A DNA stretch of 64,000 nt from Octopus sinensis (lineage: Eukaryota): the NCBI RefSeq assembly GCF_006345805.1, contig NC_042998.1:193626001-193690000 (forward strand), given 5' to 3'. The position numbers and the translations under genes are program-made. This document shows positions 29,503 to 40,339 of this stretch, piece by piece. The notes below the pieces were generated by a model. It saw only the letters and a program-made list of their open reading frames with translations, was not told the origin of the DNA and did no database searches. The stretch's first letter is position 1, and each line of letters begins with the position of its first letter.

Positions 29503-29895
29503 ATATATATTATATATATGCAATATAATGATATATGTATGGTGTACGTACTCCACCCAATTATTTTTATTATTAATTTAATCAGGATATATAACCAATA
29601 AAATAATTTAAACATAAATCTATAGATTTGGAAAGCTAACTGCCAGGTAATGGATTATAGAGAATTTCTAGATACATTATATAATCCTGTTGTAAATAGA
29701 CTCTCAAATATAATCTCAACACAAATAGACTTTCAGCAAAAGATTACTCGAAAACCTGATAAACTCATCTGCGTTCAGTGTGTCAGAAGTGTGAGTACGT
29801 ATGAGTGGGTATGTGTGTGTGTATTTGTATGTGTGCACAGGGTTCAGTAGGTGCAGTATGTTATAAATGTGTATAAACATATGCCATATGCCCAC

Positions 29896-29968
29896 GGGCA
29901 TACGGCATAGTGGTTAAGAGCGCAGGCTACTAACCTCAATGTTCAGAGTTCGATTCTGGGCAGTGATA

Positions 29969-30010
<42 letters not shown>

Positions 30011-30155
30011 TCGAAAAATACCTCAGGAATGAGAACCCAGTTCGAAATTTCTCCAAGGCACCTGATGAAGGCTGGAGAATATATCAGCCGAAACATGTTA
30101 ACAACAAACAAGATGAGGACAAATATCCGTCAAATGTAAATAATGTGAATAATAA
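29896..30155 (+). mobile_element. tRNA-headed short element carrying an HHR core
   Basis: A-box CGGCATAGTGG, B-box GAGTTCGATTC, (AAT)n, then CTGATGA-A-GGCTG..CAGCC-GAAA (30062-30093). Confidence 0.6.
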
Positions 30156-30209
30156 CCATATTTATTTATATATTCAAGGATGGTCTGTTCAGCACAATTA
30201 AACACAGTC

Positions 30210-30269
<60 letters not shown>

Positions 30270-30853
30270 ATGATGCTGACACCCTAACCACTAAGCCACG
30301 CGCCTCCACTATGGAGTGTAATGTTTAAGTTAATATTTAATGAAATGAGAACGATACAACTTTAAATAATATATCTACTGTACTTGACAGCAAGAATAGC
30401 GAAGTCTATACGTTTGGGATATGCAGCTACATACAGACAAGGACATTGTCCGTACGATGCTCATTTCATTAAATATATTAATTCGATGTTAATACACAAT
30501 ACACAGATTGGAAGGGGGCGGGAATAATTTATTGAAGATTGCTGTTTAGTCATAGTTCAACCCTCATGAAGCAAACTACACTCAAAGTCATTCCTTTTAT
30601 TTCCTTTCAGAAGTCTGGATTTTGCATTGACCTCCCTTTCTTTTAAGGCCACGAGGTGTAATTTTAAATAGTCATAGCTTCTACTTCTAGCAGATTAAAC
30701 GACCACATAGATGCACACTCGTTTACCGGTCTTGTTTTTCATATTTTTTGTATTTTATGGAGTGTAAAAAAAAAACAATGAAATAACGTTCGGTTATGTT
30801 TACAAATATTGGCCATTCCAATCTCATTTAGTATCTAAGAACTAACTGATTGC

Positions 30854-31155
30854 TGGTTGATATGTCAAACGTGACCCAAGGATGGGCAGAATCAATTCAA
30901 ATGATTGACTGTAGTAATCATGTACCGGAACTGTTGTCATATTTACCATCTTTACGAAGTGTTGTTTCCTTAAGCGTTTTCCTTTTTTTTAATTTATAAC
31001 TTGGTGTGTATTTTCCAATATATTCTCGTAGATTTATCTTTTCTTTTTATTATATTTGTTTTGAAAGAGAGATAAAAAAAAAAAAACTCTATCTTTCCGT
31101 CATTGATCTATATCAATGAATTCATTGAAATGTTAACAGAGACTAGAATAAGTTT
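30854..31155 (+). repeat. 302-bp segment, copy 1
   Basis: Identical by eye to 34218-34519, including the A13 run. Confidence 0.9.
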
Positions 31156-31642
31156 TATCGATTTGTTCTATGATTTTTGTTGTGTTTTTTTTTTGCTATT
31201 GTTTTTGTTTTTATTTTTTTTTTTTTTTATCAAACAGATAAAATGTGACTAGCAATAAAAAGAGAATTAAACAAATATTATTGAAATGTTATGGACAAAG
31301 TGCAAATTGAAATTTTTGAACTATTAAACTGTATCATTCATCAACTGCACCGCCTGCCAGATTGAATAAGATTTATAACATCACAGTAAATTGTTGTACA
31401 AAATGGAATTGTTTTATATTTAGTATTCTATACGTGATAATTGGCACGTTTACAGTTTTACCTTTATCTACACATTTTCGTAAACTCGTGAAAACTCTAT
31501 CTTGCAAAATCACCTATTTCTTTAACTTTTGCCATCATCATCGTCATCATAATCAACACCATACTTTTCATCCTTTCTGGATTGACAAAGTACCAATCTA
31601 GTATTGGGATCTATGTAGTCAACTTGCACCTAGATTTGAAAC

Positions 31643-31700
<58 letters not shown>

Positions 31701-32482
31701 GATGACATCCTTTTTGTCTTGGGAGACAATGGGGTTGCACATAAAATAATCTAGTCCGGCTTTTACATGTCATGTCCTAATACATCTCCTGCTGTGGCTG
31801 TGTAGTCCTATCCTGGACAAACACCCCATCTGGCAGGTGCCGCAAAAGTAGCGAAGACTTTGCCTGGTTGGTTGTAATGCCATAGTTTCTTGTTGACGTC
31901 TTTTCCTGTCTTCCCATTTGTCCTTTCTCCCTCTGTCACTCCTTTGTGTTCCCTCTTTTACGGCACGTCGCCAATCTCCATGGTTGCTGGCAACTGCTTC
32001 CCAGTTGCTAATATTGATGTCGCAGGCCTTCATGTCCCTTTTGCAAACATCCTTGTATCGTAAGAACGGTCTTCCCACAGACCTAGTGCCCCTAGCAAGC
32101 TCTCCGTAGAGTATGTCCTTGGGAATTCTGCCATCTTCCACACGGCTAACATGTCCAAGCCATATCATACGTCTTTTTGTGAGGAGTGCAAACATGCTTG
32201 GTATTCCTGCTTGCTTGAGGACATCTTTGTTGGGGACATGATTCTACCATTTGATGCCAAGGATTTTCCGGAGGCAGCGCAGGTGAAAGATATTTAGGCG
32301 ACGCTCTTGGCGTGTGTATGGCGTCCAAGTCTCACTTCCATATAGCAGTGTGCTAAGTACACATGCCTGGTAAATCTTCATTTTTGTGGTCTTGGTCAGC
32401 TTATTGTTGTCCCATGCCCGTTTGGAGAGTTGGGCCATCACAGCAGCTGCCTTGCCAATACGTATATTGAGCTCGGCATCAA
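31701..32482 (-). mobile_element. RTE (BovB-like) LINE 3' portion with (AAT)n tail
   Basis: DAELNIRIGKAAAVMAQLSKRAW..LLYGSETW..WLGHVSRVEDGRIPKDILYGEL..CGTC..SRIGLHSHSRRC. Confidence 0.92.
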
Positions 32483-32740
32483 TATACCAAAATCAGAAGC
32501 ACCCTGATCAAGGGGATGCTATTTGCTGATGATGCCGCTCTAGCATCACACACAGAAGAAACCCTGCAAAGGCTCATCAACTGTTTTGAGCAAGCATGTA
32601 GCGATTTTAGCTTAGTTATCAGCCTCAAGAAGACCAACATCTTGGACAGGCTATATTGGACATCCCAAACATACATATTGGAGACCACAGACTACAGGAG
32701 TTGAAGTTTACCTATCTTGGCTTTACCGTCACCTACAACC

Positions 32741-32741
<1 letters not shown>
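32483..32741 (+). mobile_element. Inverted upstream RT segment of the same RTE element
   Basis: MLFADDAALASHTEETLQRLI..ISLKKT..KFTYLGFTVTYNL on the opposite strand. Confidence 0.88.
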
Positions 32742-32775
<34 letters not shown>

Positions 32776-32776
<1 letters not shown>

Positions 32777-33000
32777 CTTTTTTTTTCTTCTTTCAAATTT
32801 GCTTCCATTTCTTGCCGAGTGTCTTCTCGACTCATAGGGCAAAGAAACTCATAGTATACATTGGTAGGCCATTAAACTAAACTCACTAGTTCGTTTATTT
32901 TTTTTAAAGTTAAATTAAAATATATGGGTAGTAATAGTTCTCACATCGGCAAAGCTCTTCTCAATACGTGTGATGTACCATTTAAGACAATCTTTTGCAC
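32776..33000 (-). mobile_element. R4/Dong-like non-LTR 3' end inside a (TAA)n array
   Basis: ORF end VQKIVLNGTSHVLRRALPM*, 3' UTR, short A-rich end running into (TAA)n on both sides. Confidence 0.65.
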
Positions 33001-33064
<64 letters not shown>

Positions 33065-33083
33065 GTTCTTATTATTATTATTA

Positions 33084-33117
<34 letters not shown>

Positions 33118-33233
33118 CATTATCCTTATTATTATTATTATCATTATCATTATTATCATTATCATTATCATTATTATCATTATCATTATTATTATCATTA
33201 TTATTATTATCATTATTATTATTATTATTATCA

Positions 33234-33266
<33 letters not shown>

Positions 33267-33300
33267 CATTATTATTATTATTATTATTATTATCATTATT
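33001..33300. repeat. (TAT)n/(CAT)n array
   Basis: Seen directly. Confidence 0.95.
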
Positions 33301-33639
33301 TAAGACGTCGCACAGTATTCAATATCGTGATATTGTCGATTGAACGTATTGCGTCTACCGAGGATTTGTACTGTCTGTCAAGTCACGACAAAGACCTCAG
33401 ACAGACAGTACTTTACACAATATGCTTGCAGTTCCAAATTATTAAACAACGCAAGCAACTTATAACAAACTAAAAACAATATATTCCAAAAGGACTGGAA
33501 GATTTCCGATGAATTTATTATTAAAAGACTATAAAAACTGTTTGTGGAAATACCCACATTTTCCGGGAAGGACAAAACACCTGTCCTTCCACAGAAATGA
33601 GATTATCGAGCCTTCTGATTTTCCTTCCTCTTGTTGAAC

Positions 33640-33820
33640 ATGGCTATGCTTAGAATAGGTAGTATGAATGCCTGTTCCTTTGGGTTACTTTAGAAGTAGA
33701 ACCACCTCAACAACCTCAGGTCACTTGATATAACTGTTGTGGTTTTCAGTCAGACCAAACTTTCCGAGGCACAAGCTTTGGTGTTCATCTACGATGGCGA
33801 CGAGTTTTACGCATCTCTAA
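33640..33820 (+). pseudogene. APE endonuclease N-terminal fragment of a LINE (L1/Tx1-like)
   Basis: MLRIGSMNA..LRSLDITVVVFSQTKL resembles the (S/T)xNVRG..DIxxLQET motif. Confidence 0.45.
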
Positions 33821-33829
33821 GTCTTTACA

Positions 33830-34925
33830 GCCTTTTCTGGTACGTGAATGCACCACTTTTCTGAAGTGTTGTATCCATATTTTTACATAGTAACCAGTGT
33901 ATGTTGCGACAAATCTTATCATGTCACATATTTTCTGAGCTAAGATTTGCAGTCTATGACAATATGCTTAATATTTTCTACTTACAGATTACGTAAGTAG
34001 CACTTGGTTGCTGAAGCGATAGAATAAATACCCTTGCTCGCATAACTAGTGTTGTTTAGTATTAGATTTTGAGCAACCACAAACAAACTTTCAGTTTTTC
34101 TCTTTATATCTCCGTTCCGGGGAGTTGTGATTTTTGTATATTTTTGGCGTCTATGTAGAAGTTTCCATATAAATGTATTTCTTTCAGTGCTTCCTACTTT
34201 TCACAAATTATTTGCTTTGGTTGATATGTCAAACGTGACCCAAGGATGGGCAGAATCAATTCAAATGATTGACTGTAGTAATCATGTACCGGAACTGTTG
34301 TCATATTTACCATCTTTACGAAGTGTTGTTTCCTTAAGCGTTTTCCTTTTTTTTAATTTATAACTTGGTGTGTATTTTCCAATATATTCTCGTAGATTTA
34401 TCTTTTCTTTTTATTATATTTGTTTTGAAAGAGAGATAAAAAAAAAAAAACTCTATCTTTCCGTCATTGATCTATATCAATGAATTCATTGAAATGTTAA
34501 CAGAGACTAGAATAAGTTTCAGGCGAGTAATTTCTAGTTCTATTGCAGCATGTTTCAGTAATTCTTCAATCTTTGCAATTGAAGTAGTTTACTGACCTTT
34601 GTTCTTCAGGCGCACAATCAGAAATGTCAATAAGTTCTCTCCCTCCAATCTTCCTTTTTATGCATAAACGACTACAATTGCCTTTAGATTTTTCTCGAGT
34701 ATATTTCTTCTTTTTTTCTTGTCTCATGCCTCTGTTTCATGTTTCACCCAATTCACTATTCCATCACAACAATGCCCAACGGAACCGGCCATGCATTGAT
34801 GGCATTTATAAGATTCCTTGAATTACGTTTGGACTTCAATGCAAGCTTTAATCTTTTCAAATTTATTGTTTCCACTTTTCCGTTCATTTCGTTATGCATA
34901 ATATCATCGAGTTCCAGCTTCTAAA
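33830..34925 (-). pseudogene. Highly decayed R4/Dong-like retrotransposon ORF, interrupted by the 302-bp copy
   Basis: LKSKRNSRNLINAINAW; RKIGGREL; ESLFVVAQ; ENIKHIVIDC; HDKICRNIHWLLCK. Confidence 0.7.
34218..34519 (+). repeat. 302-bp segment, copy 2
   Basis: Identical by eye to 30854-31155. Confidence 0.9.
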
Positions 34926-35200
34926 ATCCGCTCTTTCGGTAAGTTTATTCGATTGCTGCTAGCGTAGTCAGACACGTTTCAAGTCAATCCTCAAAGCGAA
35001 TTATTTTAAAGTGTACAACAGCATGGAGTAGCGATTTTTCGTTTCTTTTTCATTTTTTTTTTTTTACTTATTCGCACTCATAGGGATTTAATGAGTTTGA
35101 TGGATCTTTCCATTGAGGGTTCACGTAAAGAACAGGTTTTGTTTTAGATAAAATATTTCGTTTCATTTATCTACACTTATATGTAAAATGATGACGGATA

Positions 35201-35798
35201 TATTTTTCTTTACTACCCACAAGGGGCTAAACGTAGAGGGGACAAACAAGGACAGACAAACGGATTAAGTCGATTACATCGACTCCAGTGCGAAACTGGT
35301 ACTTTATTTATCGGCCCCGAAAGGATGACAAGCAAAGTCGACCTCGGCGGAATTTGAACTCAGAACGTAACGACAGACGAAATACCTATTTCTTTATTAC
35401 CCACAAGGGACTAAACATAGAGGGGACTAACAAGGACAGACAAACGGATAAGTCGATTACATCGACTCCAGTGCGAAACTGGTACTATTTATCGACCACG
35501 AAAGGATGAAAGGCAAAGTTCGACCTCGGCGGAATTGGAACTCAGAACGTACGACAGACGAAATACCTATTTCTTTATTACCCACAAGGGACTAAACATA
35601 GAGGGGACTAACAAGGACAGACAAACGGATTAAGTCGATTACATCGACTCCAGTGCGTAACTGGTACTTAATTTATCGACCCCGAAAGGATGAAAGGCAA
35701 AGTCGACCTCGGCGGAATTTGAACTCAGAACGTAACGACAGACGAAATACCGCTAAGCATTTCGCCCGGCGTGCTAACGTTTCTGCCAGCTCGTCGCC
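35201..35798 (-). mobile_element. SINE family A trimer with ~16-bp TSD
   Basis: Junctions GAAATACC/TATTTCTTT; AATG(A/G)TGACGGATATA on both flanks. Confidence 0.9.
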
Positions 35799-36028
35799 TT
35801 CAATGGTGACGGATATAGTAAGCACGCCCCCGCAAAAGAAATTCATAATCAAAATTTCCACACGCTGAACAAACAAAAATTAACAGTAAGACAAAGATGT
35901 TTTAAGAGAAAAAATAATTAATTAATTATATTTCCGTTGAAATCGCTGTGTGAAGAACAATGCAAGAGATGCAATTTTTTAAAAAATTGAACTAAGGCAC
36001 GCATGTTACTGTAATTGCCGTCTACTAT

Positions 36029-37077
36029 TGGTGGTGGTGGTGGTGGTGGTGGTGGTGGTGATGCTGGGGCGTGTTGGGGCTGTTGTTGCTGTTGTTGTTG
36101 TTGTTGTTGCTGTTGTTGTTGTTGTTGCTGCTGCTGGGGCGTGTTGTTGTTGTTTTGTTGTTGTTGTTGCTGCTGCTGGGGCGTGTTGTTGTTGTTGTTG
36201 TTGTTGTTGCTGCTGCTGGGGCGCGTTGTTGTTGTTGTTGTTGCTGCTGCTGCTGGGGCGTGTTGTTGTTGTTGTTGTTGTTGCTGCTGCTGGGGCGTGT
36301 TGTTGTTGTTGTTGTTGCTGCTGCTGGGGCGTGTTGTTGTTGTTGTTGTTGCTGCTGCTGGGGCGTGTTGTTGTTGTTGTTGTTGCTGCTGCTGGGGCGT
36401 GTTGTTGTTGTTGTTGTTGCTGCTGCTGGGGCGTGTTGTTGTTGTTGTTGTTTGTTGCTGCTGCTGGGCGTGTTGTTGTTGTTGTTGTTGCTGCTGAGGG
36501 GGTGTTGTTGTGTTGTTGTGCTGTGCTGGGGGTAGGCGCGTGTTGTTGTTGTTGTTGTTGGTGTTGCTGCTGGAGCGTGTTGTTGTTGTTGTTGTTGTTG
36601 TTGCTGCTGGGGCGTGTGTTGTGTTGTTGTTGTTGCTGCTGGGGCGTGTGTTGTTGTTGTTGTTGCTGATGCTGGGGCTGTTGGCGGTGTTGTTGTTGTT
36701 GTTGTTGCTGATGCTGGAGCGTGTTGTTGTTGTTGTTGTTGTTGCTGCTGCTGGGGCGTGTTGTTGTTGTTGTTGTTGTTGTTGCTGCTGGAGGGTGTTG
36801 TTGTTGTTGTTGTTGTTGTTGTTGCTGCTGGGGCGTGTTGTTGTTGTTGTTTTGTTGTTGCTGCTGGGGCGTGTTGTTGTTGTTGTTGCTGATGCTGGGG
36901 CGTGTTGTTGTTGTTGTTGTTGTTGCTGCTGTTGGGACGTGTTGTTGTTGTTGTTGTTTTTGTTGCTGCTGGGGCGTGTTGTTGTTGTTGTTGTTGCTGC
37001 TGCTGGGGCGTGTTGTTGTTGTTGTTGCTGTTGTTGCTGGGGCGTGTTGTTGTTGTTGTTGTTGCTGCTGCTGCTGT
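36029..37077. repeat. Minisatellite (TGT)n(TGC)n-GGGGCG
   Basis: Composite unit of ~27-36 bp repeated about 30 times. Confidence 0.95.
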
Positions 37078-37272
37078 TAAGCAACAAGACGGGTAAGGGT
37101 GATTAGGTGATGGTCTAGGGCTTAAGGGCGGAAGACCCCAAACCTTGGAAAAAAAAAACTTTGGTCGTCTTGTTGTAGTCGAGGACTCTTCGTTGACGCC
37201 CGACACCACTGGTAGGTGGCCCTCGAAGTCGCTGGAAATGGAGACCTCCAAGTCCAAATTCTTGAACGGCTG
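37074..37272 (-). mobile_element. ~200-bp dispersed repeat embedded in (AAC/AGC)n
   Basis: Second copy at 45871-46056; orientation inferred from the tail-like (AAC)n. Confidence 0.7.
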
Positions 37273-37317
37273 GTGCTGCTGCTGCTGCCGCTGGAGGTGG
37301 TGATTGCTGTTGTTATT

Positions 37318-37594
37318 GTCGCAGAAGAGAAAGCAGGTCAACCCCCGATACCGAGAGCATCGACGGATGGATGAATGCGCTTCTAGGCTCAGTAGTTGCG
37401 TAGGAAGTCGGGGACAAGAAACAGGAAGAAAGAGTGAGAGAAAGTTGGGGCGAAAGAGTACAACAGGGGTCGCCACCACCCCCTGCCGGGGCCACGTGGA
37501 GCTTTAGGTGTTTTTGCTCAATAAACACACAATGCCCGGTCTGGGAATCGAAACCGCGAGTCCGCTGCCCTAACCACTGGGCCATTGCGCCTCC
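37318..37594 (-). mobile_element. SINE family C (tRNA head)
   Basis: GGAGGCGCAATGGCCCAGTGGTTAG A-box, TTTCGATTCC B-box; body shared with 44404-44709. Confidence 0.75.
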
Positions 37595-38061
37595 ACTGTT
37601 GGTGCTGCTGCTGGTGGTAGTTGTTGTTGTTGTTGTTGCTGCTGAGAATGCCCAAACCTCTGGCTCATATGCCCTTTGTGAGCCAAATGTTGATGGTGAG
37701 CAACTTCTAGTTAGTCGGGTGGCTATTTTCTGCATTTTATATTTTAACAGAGACTACTTCTTTTATTGGTGTAGTTGATTTAACAACCTTTACATAGAAT
37801 GTAGTATTTCAGAAAGCATTGCAGAGCAGCTGCAAATCGCGACAATGTTGTTGCTGCCAAAGTCACCATAATTAAGTTTCATTCCATCGCATTGCCTTTG
37901 AGGCAGCTGACATTATTTTATTTAGAATATACTTCGTATTTATTTCGTGTTCTTTCTGTGTTGCAACAAATCTTAATAGTTGCAATTCTTCATATTTAGT
38001 AATACTAAATAATACTACTTAGTAATATTTAGTAACATATATATATATATATATTACTAAA

Positions 38062-38127
38062 TATGTATATATGTATGCTTCTGTGTATGTACACACACCC
38101 ACACACCTATACAAATACATATATATG

Positions 38128-38202
<75 letters not shown>

Positions 38203-38253
38203 TTAGCAATATTTAGTAATTTATATATATATATATATTACTAAATATTGCTA

Positions 38254-38289
<36 letters not shown>

Positions 38290-38363
38290 TACATATACAT
38301 ATATATGTATGTGTGTAGGTGTGTGGGTGTGTGTACATACACAGAAGCATACATGTATACATA
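38062..38363. repeat. Foldback palindrome centred on a (TA)n tract
   Basis: ATGCTTCTGTGTATGTACACACACCCACACACCTA mirrored by TAGGTGTGTGGGTGTGTGTACATACACAGAAGCAT. Confidence 0.85.
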
Positions 38364-39996
38364 CATATATGCATACACACATACATAAATACATACATAC
38401 ATAAATACATACATACATACATGCATACATACATACATACAGCATACATGCATACATACACATACTTGATGGTAGTCTAGTCTTGCGCTTAAATTACTGT
38501 TGAGTCCCTATGTTGATGAAAGCATACCACACTATCGCAAGATTGAGACTACACCTCCTGGACATTTACGGGCACATTAGTGAACGGCTCAGGCTCACGA
38601 ACAACCAGAGAGCCGCAAACGCTCCGCTTTTTCTACATTCAGGTTACCCCCCCCCAAGAGCAAAAAAACTACGAAGCAGAAATAGCTCATTGTTTCAGGA
38701 GTAGATAATTAAAATTTCTCCATTTGTTGGTTGTTCTAAGAAACCCAAGTCTGGGAATAAAAGGGCGCAAGAAGTACCTGCACATCAAACTAAGTAATGA
38801 TAAACGCCTATTCGACACAGAAGTCATTTTCTAATATTTTGACAATTAAAAAGGCAATAAGCAAAAATAGACGAGATGACCAACAGTACAAACACTGAAG
38901 GTTTCAAATGAGACTGTCCTTCTCCCATGTGTACGAATTTATATTCAACTTGCCAGTTAACTGCGACAGCACTGGTTTTTCAATCACCGTTTTACTATAT
39001 CTTACAAATATCTTACAAATCTTGTTTTTGGAGTGCTTACAACTATATATTAGTAACAAACATATGCAAGGTGACTAGATGTTGCATAGACAGCAGATGT
39101 GTTATGCCGCGCTAGGCACCAACTGACATACATATTTCTGGCGGTTAACTGCTAGAGTCGTTAGGACATCCAAGTGCGTTACGATATTTGTTTCGGCTTA
39201 CTACACCTTGAGTGTTTTTCGTCATATATTTTTTTTTCCTTTGTCACATATATTCTTAGCACATAGTTATGTTTGTAGTTTCTAGTAGATATCTGCTTCG
39301 ATTAGCATACCAATGTCTATAGTTAAAATCATCAAAGAAAAACGAAAACGGGTCAGAAGCAACTCTGTCAACCGGTTATCTACAGTGGGAAGTGTATTTC
39401 TGACTATTCTATGTATAAACCGAATGACAAAAACAGACTAAACCTGCCGTCAAATACAAAATAATATTTCAGTATATCGTTGTTGTTATTTAGCTATAGA
39501 CTTTGAATAGAATCGAAAACAAATTCCAGGAATAATTACAGCGATTTTTACTACAGAAATTTTTTTTTAAAGTCTACAGAATTTATCGTTCAAACTGCTG
39601 TTTCTCTTCATCGTTCAAACTGTTATTTCTCTTCTCATACAGTGTGATCTAAATACAGAATTACATTCGAAGCGCCCGACTTCCATGGCAAGAGTTAGAA
39701 ACGAAATCTATGCAATTTGAAATAAATGGCTATATTATACATAGATGCACACATCGGCTATCAACGATGGAGTGCAGAAATTTCTGAAGTATGCTTCCAC
39801 CCATAATAAATGTAAATTAAGTAATGAAAAGAAATCCAACAATTGTCCGTTACATGGAAAATAAAATTTTAATTTTTAGTTGTGATTGTACGTGTATCTG
39901 TCTGTCCGTGTGTTGATGCATACAACGCCCACGTAATGTTTGGTTACAATCAATGCGCGAACATACATATATACATACGTGTGCATATATATATAT

Positions 39997-40042
<46 letters not shown>

Positions 40043-40047
40043 TACAT

Positions 40048-40117
<70 letters not shown>

Positions 40118-40305
40118 CGCCAATATATACACTAAGATACAAGGTGGAGAAACGCATTCACACAATGAAAAATCTTCACACATGCACAGACATATATCTA
40201 AAGTTAAAAATCGGGTAGTGGGTAGAGATAGAGAAAGAGGGAGTGAGTAATACATACATACATACATACATACATACATACATACATACATACATACATA
40301 CATCA

Positions 40306-40339
<34 letters not shown>

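Noticed and set aside
29896-29965. tRNA gene (also heads at 37540-37594 and 50842-50910)
   Set aside because: A/B boxes are present but there is no complete cloverleaf or acceptor stem; they continue into repeat bodies.
30854-34519. 302-bp direct repeats as LTRs of one retrotransposon
   Set aside because: No shared TG..CA ends, TSD, PBS/PPT or gag/pol; the second copy interrupts an older element.
35918-37479. Long ORFs (389 and 484 aa) with polyQ/N/T tracts
   Set aside because: Translations of a stop-free minisatellite plus SINE sequence; no domain content.
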